In this document: piece by piece, positions 13,722 through 25,800 of the stretch
How positions within the stretch are numbered: position 1 is the stretch's first letter
Layout of the letters: every line of letters starts with the position of its first letter
DNA from: Utricularia gibba
Lineage: Eukaryota; Plantae; Magnoliophyta
NCBI GenBank assembly: GCA_002189035.1
Contig: NEEC01000017.1
Location: 1,178,001-1,242,000 of the forward strand
Direction of reading: 5' to 3'
Length of the DNA stretch: 64,000 nucleotides
The notes under the pieces: generated by a model
Told to the model about the DNA's origin: nothing
Databases searched by the model: none
The model's input: only the letters and a program-made list of their open reading frames with translations
Made by a program: the position numbers and the translations under genes

Positions 13722-14158
13722 ATGCACAAGTACGGATTTACGAAGATGGGGACTCATGAAATTTAAATTTATCCATATTTAAAATAAAAATATTTATTAA
13801 AAATATATAACTTTTTTACAAAAATTATATAATAAAAATAATTAACTTGTTATATAAACTTTTAAATTTAATTATTAATAATAAAATAGTAAATCAATAT
13901 ATAAATATATAAATAACATATTAATCAATATTTAAAAGAGAAACATAATATTCGAAATATCAAAATTAACATAATTTTAAGCTCAATGAAAAAAGTTAAT
14001 CCTTACAAGCACTAGTAAAATAAAATAAAATTATAAATATAAAATTGATTGAGTAAATAATAATATTTTATATATATATTTTTATTTTTCTTTTTCTTTT
14101 TAATAAAAAATTATTGGATACATATACATGAATCCCTACATATACCGTTAATCCATGT
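13722..14158. mobile_element. Possible degenerate fold-back/MULE-like MITE
   Basis: Imperfect inverted ~35-bp blocks (GGATTTACG...GGGACTCATG vs CATGAATCCC...CGTTAATCC) bracket a very AT-rich interior. No TSD found. Confidence 0.3.
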
Positions 14159-15199
14159 GTCGAATACATAAATTTATATAAAATAGGAGAATTTATGCAT
14201 CATATCTTACAATTTCTATTTTATAATAAATAATTATCTAAAATCATTTTTCAAAATTTTTTTATTTTAAAAAATAAAATAACTAGATATATTTAATTAG
14301 AACATGAATTCTCTTACTCAGTATTAAAAAAGAAATAAAACAATAAATATTTTTATATTAAGTTTTTTTAATTCAAAATTAAAAATTAAAGCAATTTGAA
14401 TTTAAGTATTATTGAAATAAAATATTTTGATTTCATTATAATATATATTATTATACTAATATGCTAGTTTGGGGACAATTTAGGTAATAAGGGGCTGAGT
14501 ATACCATTTTTTTTCAACTTCCCAGGAGAAATGACTTGTCTTTTTCACTGTTGGGACCACTAGATGAGATTAAAAAAAATAAGTTCTTGTAATGGCCATT
14601 GCAAAAAAGCAGCATAATATGTTTTTTTTCTTTGTTTTATTTGACCTAAAATAAGCAAACTTTTATTGATTATTTTTTTAAAAAAAAGCAAAAAAAAGCA
14701 GACACATCTGTATGATTTTGATCTTCAAGAATTGAAGACGTGGGCTGTCGTCAAATGACTTTTCTCTCCTCTCTATAATTTCAATAAAATTTTCTATGCA
14801 TTAGGGCTTAGGCTTTAATTACCATAATTAATTCCATGACATGGTCAGACCATCTAAACTCTGTTTTTTTTCATATATTTTGTTTTATTCTATTTTTCAA
14901 AAATTACTTTTTAATAAAATAGAAGTTGATTTTTCCGTGTTTCCAAATTTCTGATCTTTTTTAAAATAGAAGTTGTTCATGTTTGATAATAAATTTTTTT
15001 TTGAAGTGTTTCTACGAGTTCAATTGTATATTGGTTTCTTATCAAGGGTATCATAGGGTTTTACTTTTGTTTTTTGAAGCATGGTCTCCTCTACTCAAAA
15101 AAAGAATACTTTTTTGGAGTTATTTTGAGCATGCAAGCACCTGGGACTTGGAAAGTCATGATCAAGACTTCAAATTTAGGGTTTCAATCCAATGATAGG

Positions 15200-16600
15200 A
15201 TGATGTTAAAAACCAAGAACGTCAAAGACTCTACAAAATCTACACTTATCATCCCCATTTGCAATGCGGTGGTTGCACCAGGCCAAGTTGTGCGTATCAA
15301 AATGTCGTCATGAAACTGGGACCAGTTCCATGTAGGATCACGTTAGCAAATATAGCGTAGCTGTTTTTTTTTTTTTTAGTGTGTTCTTCTCTTTGCTTGT
15401 GTCCCTCCTCTTCCTGAGTCTCATGTAGAATCGAAAGTGTGGATGAGAAGCATTGATCGAGAACCAGGGAGCTCTGTTCTTTGTTGATGGAACAGAGACT
15501 TCAAGTATCGGTATTAGCTCTGTTACAGCAGCCCCTCTGTGGGAATAAGGCAGAATCTTGTTGTGTTCTGAAGCCTGTTTTGGAATTGTAATTGTTCATG
15601 TAAATCATATCGATTATAGTGAAGTTTTCAGCCTAGCCTGGTGTGGAGTACCCGAGGTTTTCTCCTGAAAGGGTTTCCTCGTTGAAAGTTTTGGTATTCT
15701 AGTCATTCCAATTTCGATTCCATTGCTCACAGGTTTAACAATTAGCTGAGTAATACACTTGCAGACTTATATTACATTGTCAAAGATCCTATCACAGAGG
15801 GTTTAGTGATGAATTGGATGATTGTGCGAGTGTCCATTGTGGAATGGGAAGAAAGCAACTTGTGAACAAGCTGTAAATGGCTGAAGGCATGAGATAAAAC
15901 ATTCGAAGACACAGCAGCAAACTTGATAGGAATGTTGGAAGAAGTGGATGAACAACTCACGAAACACAGATAAAGGGCTGTAAGAACAATGATAAATCTG
16001 GAAGTATTCTCATTATTTCTTCCTAAAGCTATTACACATTTATAAGGATGGATAATCCTTATCCAACACTAAACTGCTGTGGACCAGTTACAACTTCATA
16101 TTAGTAAATTAACTAACTACATACGTTCAACTAACTTCCAGAAGCATCTGTTCGACTTCTACCATATCCCAGGCTTTCTGGTTGATCAGCCAACAAGGAA
16201 AACTTAGACAGATGGCGAGAATTCAGGGAAAGAAACGAGTGGACGGACACAGCTGATGACTGATCACGGGATCATGTCCTCGTTTGCAAGTTCTAGACTC
16301 TTTCTCTGCATCATGATTCGGTTGCTGTCTGCAGGATCTATGCGGCTGACATAGTGGCTTCTGAGCCGCCATCAACTCGTTCCAACATCACATAGCACCT
16401 TAGAAATGGTTTCGAGGACAGCACAATAAATCCCTGTATTTCACTCGCACGATGGGATGCTGCAAAATCTCCGGATCAATCCGGACAAGATAAATTTATT
16501 TCTCTTGGAAATCACTCAACTCCCACGGAGGTTGTATTGTTTGCTTTTGGGTTCTTGTTGGATAAATTCATTTTGTTGAAATTCAGGATATAATGTATCG
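15200..16600. mobile_element. Degenerate LTR-retrotransposon (copia-like) LTR fragments
   Basis: Plus-strand U5-like text (GTGGAGTACC...GGGTTTCCTCGTT...TTTAACA, ~15640-15740). Minus-strand LTR-like block ~15935-16140 (TTAGTTAGTT, TATAAAT, ends CAACA). No intact PBS, PPT, TSD or coding domain found. Confidence 0.4.
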
Positions 16601-17887
16601 TGGGAACGCACACATGAAATCTAAATACACAATAAACATGAATTATATTAGAAAAAATTAGATATAACCAATTAATTGTGATTTATAGTTTCTTATATAT
16701 TAGACTATTTTCGATGTTAAATTATGTATTCTAGCACATTTAAGTTAGGGTTACCGAAGAATCGGAAAACTTGTTTTTTGGATGCACGTTGTACAGTACC
16801 TATGTAATGCCTATCTTCAGTTCAATACCAATCTATCGCCAAGGTTGTTGTCTTTTTCTTACATAGGTCACTATCCTCATGTAAGAAAATCTCAAACAGA
16901 TTGTGGGCCAACTGCTCATCTTGCAATCATGGCATTTGTCTAAGCTTTATCCAATTAGCAAGCTGGAGGATGTTGATGGAAATTGCATGGGGTATTTGTC
17001 TAAGGAAGCCAAGGTGGTTGAAAAGGTAATGATGATTTTAGGACAGATTCTAGGCAAAACTGAAGCTGTTCCAGGAGTAAAAAATATAGATTATAGCAAT
17101 AACTAGTGTTATGGAAAATTTTTACGGTTTAATTTTATTTATGTAGAAATAAAAGTTATTTTTTTTATAAAAAACAATTAATTTTAAAAATATTTTTATA
17201 AAAGCAAAAGTAAACTATATCATAGAACATTACTTATAATTTGACCTTTCTGGATCTCAAAGCTAATCTACAATTTTCCAGGAAAACGTATGGCTTTGGC
17301 TTTTGAAAGATATTGATGGTGATGAAAATTCAAAGGCAGAAATTGCACTTGTTTCACAACTCAAACACTCCAATGCTTCAACCGATTGAAAGTCTTAAAA
17401 AAAGAGAATGTATTTTAATTTTTAAAATACTTTATTTTTAAATAAATAAATAATAGTATACAAATTAATACAATCATAAGTAAAATAAAAAACAACACAA
17501 TAAAAAATATTCACCTTGCACACGCCCTGTGAATCATGCACCCAGTACATACCACAGCAACGTTCTTTAAAATTTTTAAAATCTATTTTAATTTTTCAAA
17601 AATACTTTAAATAAGTAAAAATAGTTGATAGAAATAAAAAAAGATTGTAAATATTCTAGAAAACTGTAAAAATAGATACATAATAACTTTTCAAACCAAA
17701 GAAATAAATGAAAAATAAAAAGAAATATAAATATAAATATAAAAGTAGATCATTACTTATTTTTTGAAAAGTAATTTTTGTAATATATTTTTAAAATTAC
17801 TTTTGATAGAATTATTTTTATAATTGATATTTTTTTAGAATAAAATTATTTTTATTTTTTGAAAAGTAAAATTTTCCAAAACACTAC

Positions 17888-18264
17888 GGGTGCATTTGGT
17901 TCATGGGATAAAGAGTGATAACTAAATGGTATATCGTTATACATTGTTTGATTACGAATAATGAATTAATTATCTCCTATTATATGGATATTTTATCCCA
18001 CAAAAATGGGGTAAAATAATCAAGGATTATTGGGTGGTATTATTTAATCCGCCAACAATATCATAAATGTATTTTGTTTTTTTATAGAAAACCCAATTCA
18101 GAAAAATAATGATATTTTCATCATTTTAACTATGCAAACAAATATCTTATCCCAATTATTACAACACAAACCAAATACATTAAAATACAATTCCATCGAA
18201 TCCTAATTCACTATCCTACTTAATTTTATCTTATGATAACTTATCCTACGAACCAAACGCAATC
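17888..18264. mobile_element. Tourist/PIF-Harbinger-like MITE, 377 bp
   Basis: TIRs GGGTGCATTTGGTTCATGGGATAA and the reverse complement of the right end, GATTGCGTTTGGTTCGTAGGATAA (19/24 identical). Flanked by a 3-bp direct repeat TAC (17885-17887, 18265-18267); AT-rich noncoding interior. Confidence 0.75.
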
Positions 18265-18438
18265 TACATGAATTTCAAAGAATCGTAGTGAATCGTGGAA
18301 CGTCGTGCCAAGTCCGAGTGCCAAGTCTAGGTCACTCTTTGGCCCATTAGTTATAGACTCATGGATTGGATTGGGCAGCGTTCTACGTCGCATTTCCTTG
18401 GGATAGGGCTTGCTAGGTGGGGTGGTTGGGTCTCCCAT

Positions 18439-18455
18439 GGGGCGGGTAGGGTGGG
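18439..18455 (+). other. Canonical G-quadruplex-forming motif
   Basis: GGGG-C-GGG-TA-GGG-T-GGG, four G-tracts with 1-2-1 loops. Confidence 0.7.
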
Positions 18456-19818
18456 CGAGGCAAGTGGTATGCCTTTTTTGTTGTGTATTTTAGTGATATT
18501 AATAAATAATTTAGTAATTAAGGGATATGTAATTTTAAATATTAAATAATACTTTAAAGTATTCATATGAATAATTTTAATATAATTATAACATATCTTG
18601 GATTTATTGTTGTAAGCATTTTTAATTTTAAATACATGAATATATAAATATCATTAAAATATTACATATAATTAATTAATTTGTAAATAAATTAATGAAA
18701 AGTTCAAAATTAGTTTCAATATTTTCAATTCAATCATAAATTTGTAAGATAACAGCATTTTAAAATTATTTATCCAACTCTATTACTGAAATAATAGCAA
18801 ATTATCAATTTTTTATGTTAATCTTGTTTGAAATTAATTATATAGTTAAACAGTTTTAGATTCCTTTTTTCAAGAAAAAGCACAACTTATGATATATAAA
18901 AAAGAAATTTTCTATTATAATATTTATCAGATTATTTATAGTTTATATTTAATTTTAGATATTACACCTAATTATATTTAAAATTATTTATATTATTCAT
19001 TTAAAGTATTTTTTAATAATTACGTTTTCATTTCGCTCCTAAATTACTAATGTATTCTTTATTATTGTCCAATTCCCAGGATCTGTGTATTGTTTACAAG
19101 TGGGCTATCTTTTGTTACAATTATTAGAACAAATAATACTGCATCATGTTTTTAAAATAAAATAATTAAATATATAAAAAATTGTATATTATTAATAATT
19201 AATTAAATTAAATCTTTTTAATATAATCTATATTTTTTGTGTAATTGGATTTCACGTGTATTTATATGACCATTAGATACCTAATTTCAACAACAAATTG
19301 ATACAAAACATTGATATAACTACTCAAAATGTAACACATAAACCGTATGCCCCTAAGATCTGTAAGCCGACATCATGACCAAACAATCGATCTTCATAGT
19401 AAGCACGTACGGATGCCTTTGTCTTAATGGGACCGTTGATATGTTTATGTTCCTACAGCCTAAACACAGCATCATAGCGGTATGAGCAACGTCAGCCCGA
19501 GAGTGGAATGCGTACTGATTTTTTGGTTGAAAATTGATCGTGGGTTCCGTACAATCATCGATGTAGTATCATTATCATTGAATCTGCATCTATCACTGCG
19601 AGACAGGTTCATGGGACGTACAAGAAACATACTGTCGATGTTAGAAAATCAGCCTTGGTTCGAATGCAACGCCCCATTTCTTGGACTGTAGAGTGTTGTT
19701 CCCTGCAAACACAGTGGCTCGGCGTTGCCGATCCAACAGCAGCATGTTTATCTATTGAGGCAGTCACAGAGCAACAACAGGCAGAGAAGGCGTTGAGCAG
19801 TAAACGCAGGAGGAGGAT

Positions 19819-19833
19819 GGCACGTGACGTGCC
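19819..19833. promoter_or_regulatory. Near-palindromic double ACGT element (G-box plus ABRE-like)
   Basis: GGCACGTGACGTGCC contains CACGTG and a second ACGTG and is an inverted repeat around one central base. It lies ~1.1 kb upstream of the IMA-like ORF. Confidence 0.4.
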
Positions 19834-20670
19834 CGTGTCTCCATCCTACTTTTGGGGATGTGGGAGACGGGCCACGTTGAGGTTGGCAGAGGAGGGCCAC
19901 ACCAGCAGCTGCCCGCTCCAACCCCATACAGGATGGGGTTGTGTGTTGTAAATGAGAAAAAATCAAAATCTAAGTCACTTAAAAAGCTTTTAAAGTATTT
20001 TTGGATTCCTAGAGATTCAAAGTTCTTTTCTATAACTGCTCTATTGATCTTAAAAATCAATAGAACATATACGTTTAACCTTAAACTCTAATGATCTCGA
20101 TACAAAACGAAGTAAAATGGATAAAACTTTGGTTCGTACATATGCGAGAGTCTTTTGAGTGGGTTTGACCTTTATGTGCGTAGTTTTGTTGAGTTTTGAG
20201 ATACTTCAATCCAACTCAATCTAATAAATTAGAATTCTATGCATATATGAACACAACTTACTATCAAACTCTCTTCAACTAGTAATGTGAGATAACAATT
20301 TTTTCTCTAATACAATAAATTCCAACATTGTGTTCTATGTGCCTGAGGGACTGTTCAATTCCTCGTATCATAGCATGGAAAGATGGACAAAGTGTGATAA
20401 GCTGAGAAGTTAGAATGCAGCCTGCAATTGGAAATCCTTCCAGGGTTGCCAAGTTCAAGTTTAGAAGTCAGAAGCCATGGAGATTATGCAGGCTACTCGA
20501 GTTCAATTGTTACTTAGTCTTCTCACACAGCCAGAGCTTAGAAAATCATAATGTTATCGCTGGTTTGGGACACAAGATAATGCAAGAGTGACCCAAAGGG
20601 TGTACTCGCCAGAGCAGCAAGACATAAAAAAAGTCTAAATCCTGCAAGGTGTAAAGTGAACAAAGAAACT

Positions 20671-20848
20671 CCACGTGGATTCTGCACTCAACCTCCTGCA
20701 TTCCACACGCACGGCACTCGCCTCCATGAGCAAAACTCATGCAGTAAAGGGATGGGAAACAACGCACATGAAAAATCCCATCAAATTCTTACAACTTTTG
20801 CTAAAAGCAAATCCTTCCCATTTTCCTTCTTCTGGAGCACCTATAAAT
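20671..20848 (+). promoter_or_regulatory. Proximal promoter of the IMA-like gene
   Basis: CCACGTGG G-box 20671-20678, CATGC (IDE1-core-like) 20738-20742, CACATG E-box 20765-20770 and TATAAAT 20842-20848, which starts 74 bp before the ATG. Confidence 0.65.
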
Positions 20849-20915
20849 TCCACTCCCTGGATACCCTGATCCCCGCATACAACTGAGCCCACGTTCCGTG
20901 ATTAACAACCGGCAA

Positions 20916-21056
20916 ATGTCGATTCCCGAAGTTGCAGTTGGACTCCGATTTGAAGTGGGGTCCGTGCTCATGGATCGCGGTGCATCTCGCCGAGGAAACG
21001 AGGGGGACGACGACGACGACGACGATGACGGACCAAGCGTGGCGCCGGCAGCCTAG
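20916..21056 (+). CDS. IMA: IRON MAN / FE-UPTAKE-INDUCING PEPTIDE (IMA/FEP)-like peptide, 46 aa
   Basis: Translates to MSIPEVAVGLRFEVGSVLMDRGASRRGNEGDDDDDDDDGPSVAPAA*. Matches the IMA C-terminal consensus G-D-D-D-D-(spacer)-x-x-A-P-A-A-stop and the typical ~50-aa size. ATG context is GCAAATG with an upstream TATA. Confidence 0.85.
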   Translation: MSIPEVAVGLRFEVGSVLMDRGASRRGNEGDDDDDDDDGPSVAPAA

Positions 21057-21959
21057 AGCTGTCTCCATCTTCTTGTTTTTTTTTTTCCCCTCTTCATGGG
21101 AGGAGTGCGTACTTATCTATATCTGTGTTGGTTTCGAGGTTGAGGAGTATTAGGGTTTCAGTCTCACCAAAGTGAGGCTTTGAATCCCAAGAATACTGAA
21201 AGGGGTTGGTGCTTATGTACTTCTAGGTTTTGAATCCTTTTACAGTCCCACTTCAGAACTTGGTTTCTTCTTCAACATTGTTCACAGTGAAGGAAGTAGC
21301 CACTGAAGCAGACAATATCCAATCCAAATCTCCATTGAATCTTCTCCATTTTAATATAAAACCTGTTCACGTTTGTGAATGGGGAAGGCCCCAGCTCCTT
21401 GGAGGATGCGAAAGTGAAACCCCATTGCAAATTGTTATGGGGATTTCTGTAACTATTTTATTGGCTTTTGTACTGTCTGATCACAGTCAATGATGATGCC
21501 ACAGATTCTAATACCTTTTTTTTTCTGCTTAAAAAATAATATTTTACTCATTTTTCTTCACCCATTACGTGAAAACATGTCAGAAAATTTCTATGTAATT
21601 CCTAAACCCTAAAAACACAAAATCTGGTTTGGACCCGTCAGGTGTTGGAGTCCAATTTGTGTAATTTATATGTTGAAAATACTGCTGTGTCTAACATATG
21701 AATATACTTGTGTCAGAATAGTAAAATTTGCAAGACACCGGTGTCTATGAGAATATTTGTAAAATACCTGTAGTTTATATATTTATAAAATATAGTTAAT
21801 ATTGCTTTGAAATAGATTTTGTTATAAAATTCAAAACAAATCAGCCAATGCTTCGAAATTCATTTCATTTGAAGGTTTCATATATAGCGAGTAGTTAACA
21901 ACATACTACCAATTGCAAAGAATTTGAATAAACAACATGTGACAGATTTACGTATATTT

Positions 21960-22300
21960 GAAGAATGTAAAAGATGTGAGAAATAAGTTCATCATGCTTT
22001 GATTAAATACAATGAGGTAGACAATTTTTGGAATCATGTAAAAGTATGGTGTTATAGCATACTTAACCCACATTGGAACAAGATAATATATGGATATGGT
22101 TATTCTTTTCTGTACAATTCACACCCACAACAATTAAAGGAGCTATGAAAATTGTGTCATATGTTGCACTTTGGATTATATGGAATGGAAGAAATACCAA
22201 ACGTTTCAAACATATTGAATGGTTATTATCGAAGTTATTGGAGAATCAACAATTTATGAGTTAACAATATGATATTAAATCACCTCAACTTCATATGTTT
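21960..22300 (+). mobile_element. Degenerate LINE (L1) ORF2 3' fragment
   Basis: ORF 22073-22264 contains ALWIIWNGRNTKRF, the W-x-I-W-x-x-R-N-x-x-x-F motif typical of the C-terminal region of plant L1 ORF2. Confidence 0.55.
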
Positions 22301-22862
22301 GTAATAGATGGGTTTAATTTTTTTATAAGAAAATGATTTTTTTTATTTTTTTTCTATGAGGAAAAAAAAGAAATATATTGCATCATTCCAAAACAGGTAG
22401 TATAAATATGATAATGTGCGATTATATTGTACTTCACAAATTATAACAAGCACCGGGTTATTGTACATGTGTTAGGCAGTGTTACTGCATTTTTTAAATT
22501 ATGATAAACATTAGTTAGAATACATGCAATATTTATATTTTAAATATTCAATTCGGGTCAATTCATGATACGGGTCAAGTTCAGATATCTAATTCGTTGG
22601 CTCATGATTTAACCAATTATGTGTTTTATCTTAACTAATCTAGCACAAATCCTTATTTTAATATATTATTATTACATTTTAGTTCAAATGGCGAAAAAAA
22701 AAAGGGAAATGATGATAACGGCAAATGCACAACGGTCATATAATTTGAAACTAGAAGCCAAATTTCAAAAGGGGAAGCGCTCGAAGAGAGCATAAAAGTG
22801 GCGGATTTCTTCGGTTTAAGACAGGAACAGCGAAATTCTCGTAGACCCAGTAGCCAACTACC

Positions 22863-25800
22863 ATGGAAGACGGAGAATCTGAGAAGAATCTTGGAACCCA
22901 TGGTGCTTCTTCAGTCGTGGGTGAAGATGAAAATTTCGATTCTTTAGCTGATTCAATGATTTGCGATTCGGATTCGAAACTTGTGTCGAGGGGATTTTCG
23001 CTTCCTAATTTTCCAGGTTTGATTTTTCTGTTTTATGAGTAGTGTGGATTGTGGGTAGTGCATTCCACAGATCCCATGAATTTTTGTGACTTCGTTGTTT
23101 TTCGCTACAACAGAGGACATTGTGCTTTTTATCAACGCCGGTGCCTCCATCTCTACGGAATTAGCATCCGGTGTAAAGTTTTTGGCTGACGAATTCTTCG
23201 AAGGTGGGAACACCTTTCAAACAGAGGAATTCATCACAGGGGGCGGGGACTGTTTTTTCATTTATCAGTCAGCGAGATTGGGGAATTTCTTCTATCGCAT
23301 CCAGAATCTTCCACCGGGGACTATGTTGTTGATCTGCACTTTTTAGAAATGATCAATATTCTTGGACCTAAAGGGATGAGAGTGTTTAATGTCTATATGC
23401 AGCAGGAAAAGGCATGTCACCTTCTCAGATATTTTGTGTTACGAAAGTGTTGTCAGATATCTGCACTTCTTATTTAAGGGATTTTCTATCAACTGCAGGT
23501 TTTGGATCATTTTGACATCTACTCTGTAGTTGGGTCTAACAAACCCTTACAATTGGTTGGTTCCCGAGTGTTAGTCAAGGATGATGGAGTTCTTATCTTG
23601 CAATTTGAGGGAGTACTTGGCAGCCCACTAGTGAGTGCTATTTGCATTAGGAGAGCACCTAGGATGTCAGGTATTTCATTTTACATATTGTATGAGTGCT
23701 TGTGAATGTTTATAGAACTTCAGCTCACAATATTCATTGGTTACAGGCTCTCATCAAAACCGTGGCTATGTTGTTTGTAAGAACTGCTCAGCTGAGATTG
23801 AATACCCTTTAACACAGGTACGGAATGAAATCAATACTGAGCCACGTATTAGGCTGGTTAAGCTGCAATAATTGAATGTTTTACTTTGTTGATATAGATG
23901 AATGATCATAGAATGAAATCAGTTGCCAAGTACGAGAAAACTGTTCAAGATTTGAAGGATACACTGAAAAAAAGACTGATGAATGCTATCAATCATGGAT
24001 GTCATGGACTTCTGCTAATGAGGAACTTGAGAAGACAAGAACGGAGCTCTTCAACAAGACATTCCATGCAAATTCTCTAGGTGCCATTTTCTTGTAGTTA
24101 CTAACCTCATTTACTTTAACTGAACATGGAGGTATCTTGTTTATCCTAAATTTGAAAATTTTGTTTGCCACATTTCTGGTATACTGGCTTAAATCTAGCA
24201 GCATAAGCGAGTTAGAAGAAGACTACTTATCTTTCAATCTCTAGTCATCATAGGGCTTCGATAACATCCTGAACACTATTATATAACATCATCGCACAAA
24301 TTTTCATGATGATAACACAGTTTTTATTTTTCTTTATTTTTTTTTTATCTTGAACAAACTATCATTTAGCATGTCCACTTTTCTTCCTGCAGAACAATCT
24401 CTAGAGAAGCAATCCGAAAGGCTTAAGGATGTCTCTGCCAAGTATGATCATGACAAAAGGACTTGGACCATGGCAATCGATGGTTTAGAACAAAAAGTTA
24501 AGGTGATTCCCCAATTTCTAGTTTGATACATCAGATAGCCCTTTTATTTTGAGAATCCTATGCATTAATATTTGATGAAATAGGTGATGAAGCGACAACA
24601 CTCACAGCTTTCTCAAGATGCACATGATTGTATAGACACTATTCCTGATCTGAGTAAAATGGTTTTTGCGGTTCACACACTTGGTAAGTATACACTGACA
24701 GTTGCTATTATTAATGGTGGTAGTTGTTAATGTCGATTGTGGTCAATATGTAGTTGAACAGTGCGATCATCTCAAAATGAAGTGCCATGAAGAGCAAATG
24801 AAGAGAAGAAGGCTTCATAATGAATTGCAGGAAGCTAAAGGTTAGATACTAAAATCTTACTGTAGGTTATTATTCTCTTCTTCGTTCTGAGCATGGTCTT
24901 GAATTTCAGGAAATATCAGGGTGTTTTGTCGTTGCCGTCCTCTTAGCAAAGCAGAAATAGAATCTGGTTGTGTGTCAGTCGTAGATTTTGATGCTGCAAA
25001 GGATGGAGAGCTCGGAGTACCTGGAAACGGATCCTCTAAGAAGACTTTCAAATTTGATCGTGTTTACACACCAAGGATGATCAAGGTGTGTGCTGAAAGT
25101 GCTTCAATTGAAGATTTGTACAAAATTGTTTAGAAATTAACTGACAATCTGTTCCACTTTGTACAGTTGAAGTTTTTTCTGATGCTGCACCTATGATCGT
25201 GTCGGTTTTAGATGGATACAATGTCTGCATATTTGCTTACGGACAAACAGGAACAGGGAAGACTTTCACAATGGAGGGTACAAAAGAGAATAGGGGTGTG
25301 AACTATAGAACTTTGGAAGAATTATTCAATGTTGCTAGTGAAAGAGCTGAAACCTACAGTTACACCATTTCCGTTAGTGTGCTTGAAGTCTATAACGAAC
25401 AGATAAGAGATTTATTAGCTACAGAAACAAGCAAGAAGTAAGTTTTTATTTAACTTCAAAATTCTTGTGTTCTCTTCAAGTAGCTTCTTATGTGGTGCTA
25501 AAACCTCCAGGTTAGAGATAAAGCAAGCTCCTGAAGGATTCCATCATATTCCGGGAATTGTGGAAGCCAATGTTGAAAACATACAGCAAGTCTGGAATAT
25601 TCTTCAGCAAGGAAGTCGTGCTCGAGCTGTTGGATCAAACAATGTCAATGAGCATAGCAGTCGGTCTCACTGGTAAGTGGCTTTATTATGTAACATTCCC
25701 TGGTGCACCTGCGCAAGCTCTTATATTATCTCTACTCATTTGTGTTCCCTTGTTAGCATGCTCTGCATCATGGTTAGAGCCAAGAATCTCTTGAATGGTG

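Noticed and set aside
20841-21068. Minus-strand 75-aa ORF with a signal-peptide-like poly-Val (METALGCRRHAWSVIVVVVVV...)
   Set aside because: Antisense shadow of the IMA ORF: the poly-Val is the reverse complement of the (GAC)n Asp tract, and the TATA box and ATG context favour the plus strand.
21602-21611. CTAAACCCT, resembling the plant telomerase-RNA template
   Set aside because: No USE/TATA Pol III promoter or other TR conserved regions recognised; more simply a common telo-box.
13600-22800. Conserved miRNA hairpins or box C/D snoRNAs in the large gap
   Set aside because: By eye, no match to the common conserved plant miRNA families and no properly spaced C/D pair with a terminal stem; an Infernal/Rfam scan would be needed to exclude them fully.
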